A DNA stretch of 63,913 nucleotides, filler included, from Pelomyxa schiedti (lineage: Eukaryota > Protista > Evosea), in assembly GCA_020536535.1 (NCBI GenBank). It is 15 parts of 15 records of this genome, joined end to end, with 100 filler letters (N's around TTAATTAATTAA, not from the genome) between each part and the next. Parts side by side here need not be neighbours in the genome. Positions count along the whole stretch, not along the records: positions 1 to 16,564 come from JAHLWZ010000768.1; positions 16,665 to 19,948 come from JAHLWZ010001773.1; positions 20,049 to 25,744 come from JAHLWZ010000785.1; positions 25,845 to 26,888 come from JAHLWZ010002943.1; positions 26,989 to 28,874 come from JAHLWZ010002220.1; positions 28,975 to 43,089 come from JAHLWZ010001174.1; 9 more parts are not named here. One strand, 5' to 3'. Made by a program: the position numbers and the translations under genes. Shown piece after piece: positions 16,365 through 29,314 of the stretch. The notes beneath the pieces are model-generated. The model was not told the origin of the DNA, made no database searches, and saw only the letters and a list, made by a program, of their open reading frames with translations. How positions within the stretch are numbered: position 1 is the stretch's first letter; each line of letters starts with the position of its first letter.

Positions 16365-16564
16365 TGAGGCACTTTTTTTTTGAATCACTAAGGAAATCTG
16401 ACAGATTACTGATTACGATCTAATTAGTAATCTTGAAACAAGCAAGATGATGCGATGGGTGATCGACCTGGACGACGACCTTGGGGACCTGTTCCCACCA
16501 TCAGCAACAACGAGGTCCCTGCCTCCGTTTTCCCCGGGCGTGGTGGTGGCGCCCGCGCCGGCCC

Positions 16565-16664
16565 NNNNNNNNNNNNNNNNNNNNNNNNNNNNNNNNNNNN
16601 NNNNNNNNTTAATTAATTAANNNNNNNNNNNNNNNNNNNNNNNNNNNNNNNNNNNNNNNNNNNN
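16565..16664. other. Artificial scaffold linker N44-TTAATTAATTAA-N44 (14 in window; others start at 19949, 25745, 26889, 28875, 43090, 44840, 46801, 48698, 52111, 53313, 57966, 59113, 60798)
   Basis: Identical 100-nt spacer with stop codons in all six frames. Confidence 0.98.
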
Positions 16665-17334
16665 TAGAACACTGATTTTTGGGATTTCACTGTATGTTTT
16701 CGTGTTATTTCCAGGCAGAAGGGAGCTTATCACAGCGGCAGCTTTGTGGGCAATGACACTCATAGAGGAAGCACTGAACTCTTGCCCAACAGCAGGGTCT
16801 CTCCCCAATGTCACCCTCCCACAAGCACCCAGCCAACCCGGCGGCCCTCCCTTCAGTGCATAAACCTAGTCGCATGTCACATGACTGTACAGGCACGTGA
16901 TCCAAAGCAACCCAGTCAACACGAACCACAACACAACAACACACAACAACCTCCACACCACACCACGGCACAGCACAGCCATGTAATGGCGGATGACATC
17001 ATATGACATACCATAGGCATACCATTCTGTGCCACTTCCTGCACACGAGCGCGAATCTCATCATCGCCTCGTACCTCGACACCTCGTCCACAAGCATGGC
17101 GCTCATCGCCGGGGCTCCGCCGCCTCCTCCTCGCTGCTCCGCCGCCCTCGCGGCCTTGTCCGTGTAGTCCACGGCATCGTTCCTGGGCACAGCCGCTGCG
17201 TCCGTAGTGGTGCTGCTAGAGGTAGACGCCGAGGCCGAGGCATTTTGAGCGGGGACAACAACAGGTAGAGCCCACGGCCTGCTTAGTACCAGTGACAATA
17301 TAAACTGCACAACGTCCTCGGGTATCGTGTCCAT
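16665..17334 (-). CDS. F-box protein (5' part, truncated by scaffold end)
   Basis: MDTIPEDVVQFILSLV ... MRFALVCRKWHRM is an F-box split by a long low-complexity insert. An intron leads into VYALKGGPP... Confidence 0.7.
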
Positions 17335-17466
17335 GCGCGCGTTAGCGTGCCCGTTTACCGATAAGATATTACTTTCTGGGAACTGTGGGTGTTGAGAAAA
17401 ACGTTTTTCCCAAATTTGACGCTTTCGTGGAAATACCGTTCCGTTCGTTGTTGGTGGCTGGCTACG

Positions 17467-18798
17467 ATGCTGGGGCTGGTTGTGACGTTTGGGCCGTTGG
17501 CCCGCGAACAGATGACAGCACTTGCCTGCGCGTGCCTTGAGCCGTCGTCACAACGGCATCGAGGGGGAGGGCGATTGGCGTCGATGGCTATGACGAGGGA
17601 GGTTCTCGTGGCCGTGTCGCGTCACGTGTTGACGACCAAGACATGGTTGGTGATGCGGAACGATGACTACGACTGCTGGGTCGTCGGCCTGTCTTTGACC
17701 CTCGGTTGATGATCCCATCATTCACTGCCTCCTCCCTTTTCTTTTTTTTGTTGGACTGTGTGTGCTGTTTCTTTTTTTTTTTATGTAATAGGTAGTTAGT
17801 GACTGGATACAAAAAGGCGTGACCAAGAAGATTCCCTGTGGAAACGCACGGCCACACTCATTCATTGATGATAGCACGTGGCTAATTTCAGAACCGCTGC
17901 CGAATTCGTTCCGGTCGTGCCTTTCCGTTAGGCATTATGCTGGAGACAGAACTATTTGGCAGATGCGCCTTGACGTGGTATTTTCTTTCTGTAGCATTCC
18001 TTGCGTGGCCAGTAACCCGCGGTGGATTGTTGCTGTCTCAGGTGATGAATTGCTGATATGGAGAGTTGTGAACTGCCGGCCTCAGTTGGGTGACATGAAA
18101 CAACTGACATTGCCGAGTGCTACCGCCAGGTGGGAGCTCAACCTGACTTACTATATTCCTCCCAAGGGTGATGTTCTGACAATGATCGGCACTGAGGAGT
18201 TGTGCATGTGGGTGTGTCAGCTGGACATTGCCCGCACGCATGCAAGCGGGTCTCTTATGGGATTGACTTGTCGTTTGCGTCGCATTTCCCAGAGCTATAA
18301 CGGCGGGATTTTTCTGACCAAGAGCGGTACCCTCGCAGTTCCGTATTCAGGCCCAGAACTGTACTTCACTTTCCCTCTAAAAAATCCAGACCCGAACTTT
18401 CAGCCAGCAAATACGGCCAGGCCAGACTGAGGAAAATTCCCCTCACCACCCCAAGCAACTTTAGAATGACTGCCGTCACCTGGCTGGATTCCACGCACTT
18501 TAGCCTTCAACAAGTGGACCCAGAACCCGATTCCGCCGCAACAACTACAACAGGCATTTATTCCACTGATTCCATCCCCAATGAGATTGACAGTGGCACT
18601 CTGGCACCGCATCCCATAATGCCAGAACACCAAGTGAATCTGCCGGAACTGCCGTCGATGTGGATTGGGGCCTGTCTCCTTCTGATCATTGATGGTCCCA
18701 AACTAACCATCCTGGACACACTCACCAACACAGTGGCATTGATATTGGAGGGTCCGACACATGTCACACTGTCATCCCACACAATCCTCAGTCCTTGA
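17467..18798 (+). CDS. Orphan expanded-family protein (2 introns)
   Basis: LAREQMTALAC, LSLTLG|VT, SNPRWIVA, LDIARTH, ILDTLTNTVAL. Introns about 17706-17816 and 18343-18389 join three ORFs. Confidence 0.7.
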
Positions 18799-19311
18799 AT
18801 GCCCCCAAGCAGTTGGAGAACTACCTTCATTCCAATCCGCCAGTCAATCGCCGAATGCGATGACCTAAGGTAACACCCCACCAGAGCAAAAGCAATTATG
18901 GATGCATGTCACAGGGCTGGGTGAGGTGCTGGAGGGTGGACGACAACAACAAGGATAGGGGACTGGACTTGGAGAACAATGGCACAACAGAACCAAAGAT
19001 GTGCAGTTCGTGCTGGAAAGGGTGTGGTCCTTGGTGTATGATTGCAGGAAACTCCAAAACTTTGGAGGTTGTGGGTTAGGCAAAGGACTTGTTGTAAAGT
19101 GGATGAGAGCCTTCAACAGACCGGAACAACAAATAGAACTTGTAGTTCTAATAAGCCTTTTTCCTTGATCTTGAGGAACTTGGTCGAACGCCAAGGGCCG
19201 GAGTTTATTTTCTTTCTGCCATGTCGGTTCGTGATTACTGGAATACCACCATTTTGCACAACAGCAAGACGAGAACTTGAACGCATCCTGGCTGCGAGTA
19301 CACAGGTCATA

Positions 19312-19948
19312 ATGGACATCCCCGGTTGTCATTCACCCTCGCCACCGGCAGCGGCAATACCAGCGAATAGCGGCGCGTCGTCGACGGTAGTGGGGCCACT
19401 ATCAACGGTGGGGGATTCGTCGTATTCGCCAAGGCTCCTCAGCTTGCTGAGGGGACTGCTCAAGCTTGGGCCCTACGAGGAATTCCTGAGACATCCTGAT
19501 GCACTCCTAAGGTGTCTAACTCATTGCGACCCCGCCTGGCTCACGCGTCCATATCTAGATGGTACCCTGCCTTGCAACTCCCTTTCATTGTTTCTCTTTT
19601 GTGAAAAATAAATTCCAATAGGTGAGTACCCTTTGCACATTGCGTGCAAGAAAGGGTATGTGAAGACCACCAGATACTTGATTGACGAGTGCCACTGCGA
19701 TGTAAATATCACAGATGAGAAAACTGAGAAGATGGGAATGTCACCGTTGCACCTTGCATGCTTCTTGTACACACTTTATTCTTTTATTGTTACTGGCCCA
19801 AAGCTCTTCCCAACAATAACTCATTTGCCATACTACAGTGGGCATGCATACCTTGCATACCTTTTGGTCAAGCAGTATCATGCCGATGTAAATCTCAGAG
19901 ATACTCACTGGAGGACACCTCTTATGTGGGCTGTAAGTCAGGGACATC
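19312..19948 (+). CDS. Ankyrin-repeat protein (5' part)
   Basis: GEYPLHIACKKG, GMSPLHLAC, DVNLRDTHWRTPLMWAVSQGH. Confidence 0.9.
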
Positions 19949-20048
19949 NNNNNNNNNNNNNNNNNNNNNNNNNNNNNNNNNNNNNNNNNNNNTTAATTAA
20001 TTAANNNNNNNNNNNNNNNNNNNNNNNNNNNNNNNNNNNNNNNNNNNN

Positions 20049-21962
20049 GTCACCCCTCGTAACTACCGCACACATTTAGCCTGGTATTTATGTCCCGATT
20101 CTTTTTCCATATTTAACACTTTAAGCTTTTCTCAGTATCCATTTGTTTTAGAACCTGTTCTGAAAAGCGAAATATTTACTTATATCACTGCTGAATCACA
20201 GGTTCTCTTTTTAAAGAAGATTTGTTATTGACCGTAATTGGCAGATATTACATGCACTGGCACAAAATGTATTTTTAATAGCTGTGAGAAGGGACTCAGT
20301 GATCCAAGATGCCTTGAAATATCTCTCCGTTGCAGTGTGTTGCTCGGAACATTACTTGATGCAAACACTAAATCAGGAAAAAAATCCCGCGCTGTTAAAT
20401 TTGCCTCTTATTGTCTATTTTGACGGTGAAACTGCTGTTGATTACGGTGGGGTGACAAGAGAGTTTTTCCATATCGTTTTAAAACAAATTTTGAATCCGT
20501 GCTATGGTACATTTCAGTTTAACTGAAGAAACTATGACTGCGTTGCAGGAATGTTTATTGAAACAGAGAACCACCAACTATGGTTCGACAGGAAAAATAT
20601 TGCCAGTTTTCAAGAGTACAAGCTAATTGGGATGGTAATCTTCAAAATACACAGTTTTTTTCTGACATGCCCCCTTTTTTTCTCTGAACTAGTTGATTGG
20701 CTTGGCAGCATTTAATCGTGTTCTTCTGGATTTGAGATTTCCTTTACTTCTGTACTCCCTTCTTGCTGGGAAAAAACCGACAACGAAACTTCTCAAGGAA
20801 GCTTTTCCAGTACACTTTTTTTTTTNNNNNNNNNNNNNNNNNNNNNNNNNNNNNNNNNNNNNNNNNNNNNNNNNNNNNNNNNNNNNNNNNNNNNNNNNNN
20901 NNNNNNNNNNNNNNNNNNNNNNNNNGCAGCATTTAATCGTGTTCTTCTGGATTTGAGATTTCCTTTACTTCTGTACTCCCTTCTTGCTGGGAAAAAACCG
21001 ACAACGAAACTTCTCAAGGAAGCTTTTCCAGTACACTTTTTTTTTTCCCTACGAACACTAAGACTTTTTTCCAAGACAATTTCCAGAAGTATAGAAAAAA
21101 TTCTCGAGTACAGTGGGGCCGATTTCGAAGAAGTATTTAACCTTGACTTTTCTGTGGATTATGATGTAAAGCCATCTCTTGCTTGCTGATAGTAGTCACA
21201 CACTTTTAGTATTTTGGGGAACTGCGAAATGATGAGCTGAAGTTCAATGGAAGACAAATTCCCGTGACGGAGAGCAATAGAAGAGGTGTGCAGAAATACA
21301 AACGCCGACGAATTTTACCCGATTCTAGAGTTCGTGGAACTCTTCACCAGTTATATGGGATTAGTGTCCATCCAAAAACAATTTGCAGCGTTTTTTGAAG
21401 GCTTTTCTCTTGCATGCAATGGAGCAGCCTTTGAGGTCCCTACTAAAAAAACTCTTTTCTCCTAACAAATAAATAGCTATTCCGCGCAGAAGAACTGGAA
21501 AGTTTTATCTGTGGGGATACAGCCTCTTCAGCAATGGACTTACAGGATCTTAGGCAATCAACAACCTACAAGAGCGGATTTCATGACAATCATCCCTTCA
21601 TCCAGTGAGCACTTCCGGCAATATGTGCAACTCTAACACTCACGTTATAGAATGTTCTGGCGGGTTCTGGCTTCTTTTCCTATGAACTTACGGAAAAGAT
21701 TTTTGTTCTTCACCACAGGAAGTGATAGGGTACCCCTTGGAGGTCTCAATGAGATCAACCTAATAATAGAGAGAAGCGGCTCTGACTCCGAAATGTATGC
21801 TTGAACTGGATTCTGGTACTGCCCACTAACTATTTTCCCAGGCTGCCAACTTCCCACACTTGCTTTTCCTGGCTGCTTATACCGGAATACAGTACCGAGC
21901 AGAAACTAGTTGAGCGACTTACAACCGCCTTGGAGCATGCTGAGGGATTTGGCTTTGTTTAA
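20049..21962 (+). CDS. HECT-domain E3 ubiquitin ligase (3' part, multi-exon)
   Basis: [49 protein letters not shown] (catalytic Cys), AEGFGFV*. Confidence 0.93.
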
Positions 21963-23220
21963 AGTGTAACTAATGTACTACTGTCTGTAGTGTAGTGTCA
22001 AAAAAAAAAACTGTTTCCCTCTCTTCGCGGTCCAACTGCCAAAGAGGAGTGCAACCTCCTTCCTTTTTGGTGAAAAAGGAAAAAAGTGCAAGTTCACAGA
22101 AGACACGTTGGCAATAATAGCTCCACGCAACTCATGTCACCGAAGGTTGATCAGAGGGTGAGTTAGGCCGTTGTCCCTGAAGTCGTGTGCTCTTCACAAC
22201 GAGTAGGAGGGAATCGTTTCTTTAAGGCAGATCAGTTCTAATGAGATCTCATGAATCAAAGGATGTTCTTTTTCGGGGATGATGTGCCCGAGACCATTAT
22301 CAGGCATTTTAAACCCTCAACGTTCTCATTTTTTAAACAATAAATTAACGCAACGACAAGAAGTGTGCATATGATTTTGCGCTTGCGCTCGCAAGATACG
22401 AAGGCGATGAGGTCACAGCACCCCCACGAGGTGGATGCCGTGCGAGTGCGCGTGAGTGTGGCGGATTATGGGAGAATGCACCGTGGGTCAAGGCCGGACG
22501 GGCATCAGGCCAAGCAAGCCCCGGTTACAGCGGATAGAGCAAAGTATATCTGTGTGGTTGTATGTGAGTTTTCACGCCTTTATGTTTGTTGTTGTTACCG
22601 TTGGTGGGATGATGTGGGAAAAGTTCTTCGCGGGGGAGGATATATGCATTGTTGTGTTGAATAGAGAAAAAAAAGACCATGTTACGTGATCGCACTGTTT
22701 TCGGATGTGAACTGGTGAAAAGTCGGAGCGGAATCCAAGAGTTGTGAGCAATTAACATGCAACAATCCCGCGAGTAGCACCTTGAGAAGAAAAAAAACGT
22801 AAAAAAAAAGTAATGGTGATCACAAAGTTACACTGAGAAGGTAAAAAGTAAACAAACAGAACTCACGGTCAAGACGCAACGCAATGGGTGCAAGAGAGCG
22901 TATCAACGTTTGTTTGTTGTTTAATCTCAGTCTTGGAGACAAGATTGGATGTTTGTGTTTGTTTTTTAGAAAGTTAGAAATATTATAAAGACAAAACAGG
23001 GCCTTGATGGTTCTTTTTTTACAACTGAGCAGGGAACTGATGTCAACGGGGATCAGTTGCAAACAAAGAAAAATTTCGATTCCCCTGCGCTTCATAAGGG
23101 CCGTTGAAAGGAAAAATCATTCTTTTCTTTTTAATTACCTTTTTGCATTCGCTCGAGCGATCGTATACTACAGAGAGTTATCGCTATATATCGCGTATAT
23201 CAGTGACATCAGAGAGCAAC

Positions 23221-25461
23221 ATGCTTTCGTTCATCGTTTTGATCGCGTGTGCGTTTTTACGAGCGTGCTTGGCACTGTGGCTCCTGGTCGCGGTGGGGCA
23301 TCTCTTTGTCGCAATCATCACCGACACGATGTACGTTGTTTGCTTTTTCTTCATCTCGCGTGTTTTTTTTTTTTTTTCTTCCTCCTGGTGGTTGTTGTCA
23401 CGCGTTAACGCGAACTGACTCGCTTTTCTCACACACACGCAGAGTCCCCGTTGTTCGTGATGATCGCGGCGAGAACTATTACAACGAAAAACAGAGGACC
23501 AACAATTACGAAGAGGAGGATGAACCAACCGCCTTGGAGGTTGCAATCTCTCATTCACTTATTTGTTGTTGTATTTTCGTTTATTATAATATGATTACTC
23601 TGACATTGAGACTCATTCACAACAACAGGATTGGTGTCGAGTCGTTTGGGCCACACTCGAGTCCGCATTGTCGTTGATTTACCGACTCGGTTGGCATATT
23701 ACCCACCAACAGTTGATGCTAGACGTGGCTGAAGGCAGATACTACAGGAGCAAGTGGGCGGATCTTTCATTTAGAGATGCCATGCACCTGGCAAGAAGAA
23801 GGTGGCTCGACCTTCCAGCGGGCATCGTCACGCTAATGTGGCCGATAAACTGGGCTCGCGATCCAATGCGCAGACTTACGGAAGCCACCATAGTGATATT
23901 GTGCCTGGTCCACTGTTGCTCCACCGTCACCCGCTCTTTGGTGTTTGCTCTCCTGACTTGCAAGTTCCTGATACTTCGTTCACCGGGTTTCGCTCTGCGC
24001 GCTGCTTTACTGATGTGGAGGACCTGTTCATGCGCGGCCTCTCATGTTGTCTGGTGTGCTACCCGGGTGCTTTCCTCGACGAGGAGTAGTATTTGTCTTC
24101 TTCTCCGCCTAATTACCCGCCAATCCACGCACTATGCGGCAACTGTGGCTCGCCATGGGTCCTTTGTCTTCCACAGCCTCTTCGCCTTCGTCGTCATGGT
24201 CACCAATTGGATTTGCGGCGTATTGCTATTGGCCGTCCGTGTACACTTGTTTGTCATGCGCTCTTTCTTCTCGCATTTCTTGTTCAGTTCTGCTACTGCT
24301 ACTGCGACTGCGACTACTAGTACTAGTACTGTTACTGTTACTGGTGCTTCTAGGTTAGAGCACAATAGACATTATGGTTGTACCACCGCCAATACACCAG
24401 TTTCTCCTTTTCCGCACCAAGTCCGACAGATGGTCACGACGACGATGCCTTCTCCACCTCCGGTTCCAGCAGCAGTTTATGGTGGGTCACCTCTACGGTC
24501 ACGGTCAGCAACACCAGCACCAGCAGCACCGCGGAGACAACAACAGCGTTATCAAATTCCCTTCTTCAGTGAGGAGATCTCCCAGGCGGCAAGCACCTTC
24601 CAGACGAGAAGGAATCTTAAGNNNNNNNNNNNNNNNNNNNNNNNNNNNNNNNNNNNNNNNNNNNNNNNNNNNNNNNNNNNNNNNNNNNNNNNNNNNNNNN
24701 NNNNNNNNNNNNNNNNNNNNNACGGTCAGCAACACCAGCACCAGCAGCACCGCGGAGACAACAACAGCGTTATCAAATTCCCTTCTTCAGTGAGGAGATC
24801 TCCCAGGCGGCAAGCACCTTCCAGACGAGAAGGAATCTTAAGAGTACTACCGCTGCTACTCGTACCCAACAGTCCAGAAGCCCTCTGATGACACCACCGC
24901 CTGCTACCGCTGCCAATCCCCCAACGAACCCACCAACACGGTCACCACCAGCTTCTGTGGGCCCATCGCGAGTTATGATTGTTCGAGGTTCCAGCACAAC
25001 GCCGTCGCTGTCACCTGCGCCAACAATCACAACCACAACCACCACCAACCCGTTGGTGTTGCCTTCAACAACTTCATTTTCAACTCCAGCACCAAAGGCA
25101 ACAACACCTTCAAGTCGAACCCCCCCAGCAGTGGTCAATGCCTCCAACAACAAAGTTCCGTTCATCCGCAGATCTCCTCCAAAGGCAAGAACCCCTCAGG
25201 ACCATCCTACGACCACACCGATTGGTGGATTGCCTCCTACGACTGCTCCACGTGGTGCGTCATCTCGGCAGTGGGTCCCACCACCAGTACCTGTTCGAGC
25301 TTCTTCCATTTACCCGGTATGAACATATCCATTTCATTTCGTTGAGTCGAACTAACATATCCTTTCAGAATGGTGACAAACCGAACCCGAACCCGATCAA
25401 CAAAGTTCCCACTCCTCCTGCTCCTGCCTGCGGAGGTTGTGGTGTCTTGGATTCAAACTGA
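23221..25461 (+). CDS. Hypothetical membrane protein with Pro/Thr-rich C-terminal half, multi-exon
   Basis: Hydrophobic N-terminal exon. GT-AG introns join the ORFs at 23104, 23249, 23668 and 24888 once the 121-nt gap overlap is collapsed. Confidence 0.55.
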
Positions 25462-25844
25462 TGATCATGGCTATTCTATGGCTTTGAGATGTACATTTAG
25501 ACGTGTACAGTGACTGTATATATATATATACAAGTGGACTTGGCAACAGTTATACGGGGAATATGCTTGGAGCGCACTCCCACTGACTGTGACTGAATTC
25601 CTCCTCTGACCTTGTTCTGCTGTTGTTTCATCATGTGTGCCCTCGTCACTCTCCACCCCAAGCCCACTCTGGCGGGTCGGCCAGTGGGGACCCGGGGTTG
25701 TGGGCTCGGAACCGAAGGCCCAATCGGTTCCTTGCCCGCACCCCNNNNNNNNNNNNNNNNNNNNNNNNNNNNNNNNNNNNNNNNNNNNTTAATTAATTAA
25801 NNNNNNNNNNNNNNNNNNNNNNNNNNNNNNNNNNNNNNNNNNNN

Positions 25845-26200
25845 TAGTGCTGGGCATACACTGTTGGTGATGTGGCATTTGTGCCGGTGATGTTTGTTGT
25901 TATATCCACGCGCCACTGTGCCCTGTAGTAGTACATTTCCATGGACCAGTCATAGTAACTATCCACCTCTGGAAAGTTATGTTTTATAAACAAACAATCA
26001 TGATGAGCAAAACAAAAAAACAAAAAAACCGATGCAACAGACAAACCTTTTTCCCAAGTGTAACAAGTAGCTCTTTCCATGTAGTATCCCTCGTCGCGCT
26101 CCATGAGGGACCATATTCCCAATCCCAAAAACAGGGCTAGGAGTGACAGCCCAATGCCCAAAACGGACAGGGTGCTCACCAACAGGCACCGCGCACTCAT
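25845..26200 (-). CDS. Hypothetical membrane protein (5' part)
   Basis: N-terminal TM helix, then a luminal-type region with N-glycosylation sequons (NIT, NAT); truncated by the linker. Confidence 0.5.
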
Positions 26201-26517
26201 TTCCCTTGTGTTCTTTTTTTTTTTTTTTGTTTCGGAAGTTATACGGCTACGTGCCTACGGCTTTGCTGATTCAAAGCGCAAAAAAAAAAAAAAACCCCGG
26301 TCGTGTGACGGTGGGGGTGTTGGTTGGTGTTCTTGTTGGTGTTGTTTCGTTTGTTGGTCCCTTCGCCGAAATTCAGGGCTTCTGGGATCTTTCTCAACAC
26401 TCACAGTCGGACTTATCCACAATGGCTCAGGTGCACTCTCTGATCTCATCACCGAATTTTTCCATTGTAGTTCTATCAACATTGTATTTTTGTGTGGTTT
26501 TAGAGCAAGGGCTGGAA

Positions 26518-26876
26518 TCAGGATATGAGAACATGTGGGAGCTTGGGGTTTCTCACAAACTTGAACTGTGCATCACAGCAACACATGTTCACTGTTGGGA
26601 AAATGGGAACCGATGTGTCAACATCAGTGAACGTGGAAAGAAGCTCAAGGTTCCTGAACACTCTCACAAGCCCACGCCTTTTGTCTGGTGTGAATTCAAG
26701 AAGGAACGATATTTCATCTGACTCTGAGACAGGACTTTCTTCTGTCTTGTAATCCTCAGCCAGGGTGAGGCCATTGACCTTGGGTTCATCATTTGATGTT
26801 GAGAAACCAAATGAAATGAGATTGGCTGCTTTGTTGAGTGTATCACATGTGACTGGGTAGAATCCACCACTGCCTA
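26518..26876 (-). CDS. SPRY/B30.2-like domain, last exon of a truncated gene (absent from the ORF track)
   Basis: Manual translation: ...ESDEISFLLEFTPDKRRGLVRVFRNLELLSTFTDVDTSVPIFPTVNMC...LIS*, which matches the SPRY C-terminal pattern. Confidence 0.6.
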
Positions 26877-26988
26877 TATATTTAGCTANNNNNNNNNNNN
26901 NNNNNNNNNNNNNNNNNNNNNNNNNNNNNNNNTTAATTAATTAANNNNNNNNNNNNNNNNNNNNNNNNNNNNNNNNNNNNNNNNNNNN

Positions 26989-27344
26989 TCCCTGGCAGGC
27001 CTCAGCACCCATTCGTTGGCCCACATCCTGAACAACACAGTTTGTGTCCATTGGACCAGTGTTTTTGCTGCTGTTGCGTGTGTGGCTTCTGTTGATGTTG
27101 ATGTCGTTGTTGTGTGTGATGACACCGATGTTGATGGTGGCAGTTGTTGTGACGGTTGGGGTTTGGACCGGCGTTTTCCGCCTCGGTGGCGACGGCGTCG
27201 TTGAGGTTGCGGTTGCGGTTGCGGTGGCGGGGGTTGGGGCTGCTCAGGTCGCTGGGCGATTATGGGAGCGCAGCAGAGCGCCAGGATTTGTAAGTTGGCT
27301 GTGGTCGTGCAAGGCAACACTTTGGTCGATTTGATTTCGGTCAT
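26989..27344 (-). CDS. Orphan expanded-family protein (5' part)
   Basis: TTANLQILALCCAPIIAQR ... FRMWANEWVL, a near copy of the N-terminus of 27425-28702. Confidence 0.75.
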
Positions 27345-27424
27345 TGTCGGTTCGTCTTTGATCAAAAAACGGTAGTTTTTGTTTGTTTTCCTCAAGGAGG
27401 ATTGAGTGCATGAAGTACAGAGGG

Positions 27425-28702
27425 TCAGTAGTAAAAGGAAGCTGTTGGGTCAAAGTAGAATTTTGGGTGAACTGGAACACAAATATCAGCAATGTGAGAA
27501 CCAGTGGGGCCATCATGGAGCTTGAACATAATTTCAGTGGCTTTGGCACTGTGCCAAAAGTTGTGAGTTGTGGAAATGATGAGGCCTGACTGTGCACTGG
27601 GAAGTGACCATGTGCATGGAACAGAGAGTGACGCTGCTGCAAGTTTGTCAATGGTGTTGTAAACCTGGAAGAACTCCTGATTCTGATGTGGCAACTGAGA
27701 AAGATAAGCATGATTCTTGCTGATTGGTGTCACTTGAGGGAACTCTGGAAAATGATGCTGCTGCTTGAATGTTGCACAGTCGATGAGGCTAGATGCTTTA
27801 CTAATAGTTTTATACAGTGCGTAGGTTGCGCCATCAGGCATCCACATCACACCTTGTGGCCAAGTCTCTCCACACTTAATGGTGGATGTTACAACTGTTT
27901 CCTGTTCTCTGAAACTTGCTTCCAAGTCAACAAAGTGGAAGCAGCAGATGCCTGTTTTCGTTGTTGTCAGCACAATCACGGTGTCATCACTGAATGGTGA
28001 GAACTGCAAACTTCCAGCAGTAATTTCTCCATTGGAAACGAACTGCTGTGGCTCAACTGGGTCACCATTGACGACCTTCACAACCCAGAGTGTCTCATCC
28101 CTTGGAAAACCCACAATCCGCTCCCTGTTGCACTTCACATTCATAACAGGAGTCCTGAAGAAGCACTGTTTGCAGCTCAAGGGCCATTCACGCAGGTCCA
28201 AAACACTGTACTCGTACCACGACATGAACTTATCACCAACACACCCCCTATTTGAGTCAGAACAGAATTCTTTCACCAGGACCTTTCCATCACCCACACA
28301 GCCACACACATCCCTCCCACAATGAGTGAACCAATGGACACCGACGATGCCAAGTGTCGGCGAAACGCTCACAGATATAACTTGAGTGACCCTTTCGGAT
28401 GCCTCGACGATCTTCTTCAATGGCAGCTCGAACAGAGCATCAGAGTTTGACGTGAGGACCCAGTCCTCAGCCCACGTCCTGAACATTTGTGATTGTGCCC
28501 ACTGTACCAGCGACGGCGATGGCAGGGGTTTTCCTCGAGAATGAGAGCCGCCGTTGATGCGCCGTTGTGCGATAATGGGAGCACAGCAGAGGGCCAGGGC
28601 CTGCGACCTGGCGGTTGTGGTCGCTTTCGACAATGGGAAAACAAACAACTTGTCACTTGGAAGTTGTTGAGTCTGGTTTTGTTGTGAGTGCTGCTGCCCC
28701 AT
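27425..28702 (-). CDS. Orphan expanded-family protein (intronless, MGxxxS N-terminus)
   Basis: 425-aa ORF with TTARSQALALCC, WAEDWVL, VSPTLGIV, NRERIV, VDLEASF, LHDGPTGSHI. Confidence 0.8.
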   Translation of the reverse strand: MGQQHSQQNQTQQLPSDKLFVFPLSKATTTARSQALALCCAPIIAQRRINGGSHSRGKPLPSPSLVQWAQSQMFRTWAEDWVLTSNSDALFELPLKKIVEASERVTQVISVSVSPTLGIVGVHWFTHCGRDVCGCVGDGKVLVKEFCSDSNRGCVGDKFMSWYEYSVLDLREWPLSCKQCFFRTPVMNVKCNRERIVGFPRDETLWVVKVVNGDPVEPQQFVSNGEITAGSLQFSPFSDDTVIVLTTTKTGICCFHFVDLEASFREQETVVTSTIKCGETWPQGVMWMPDGATYALYKTISKASSLIDCATFKQQHHFPEFPQVTPISKNHAYLSQLPHQNQEFFQVYNTIDKLAAASLSVPCTWSLPSAQSGLIISTTHNFWHSAKATEIMFKLHDGPTGSHIADICVPVHPKFYFDPTASFYY

Positions 28703-29314
28703 GTGATTTTGGCCAATGATTCGGTGAAGTTGATGGTGTTTAAGTCAAAACAAGTTGTTTTTTCAACTATTCATCATTCCAGAGAAATCGTGATCTTTCT
28801 ACCAATACAAAAACAGGTTCAAAAGGAGGGTACTGGGGCAAAGCGGAACTCAGGGTCTCTGAGCATCACACAGANNNNNNNNNNNNNNNNNNNNNNNNNN
28901 NNNNNNNNNNNNNNNNNNTTAATTAATTAANNNNNNNNNNNNNNNNNNNNNNNNNNNNNNNNNNNNNNNNNNNNTTCTTTTTGAGTATCAGCCATGTCGA
29001 ATTATCGTAGCTTCTGTCTTTCTTCCTTCGTGCTCTTGTGCTTGTGGGTCTTTCCTATGCTGCAACGCGATGTGTGCAATGACACCGTCTTCTCGTCCTC
29101 GTTTACTCAGTCCGCAAAAAAGAAAAAAAAAACGAAAAACAAGAGGATCGGCCCCGGGGAAAACTTTTTAAGGTTGCAAAGCCAGGGAGTGTGTCTGGAA
29201 ACCATCCCCACTTGTGCCTCACACTGTTTGTATAAGGAGCGACGGGCCTGGCGCCGCGGCGGGGCTCTACCGCAATGTCGTGGTTTACTGAATTGTGGGT
29301 TGTTGTCTAGAGCA

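Noticed and set aside
16609-16620. Recurrent TTAATTAATTAA palindrome
   Set aside because: Artificial six-frame-stop linker embedded in Ns; not biological and not a CRISPR repeat.
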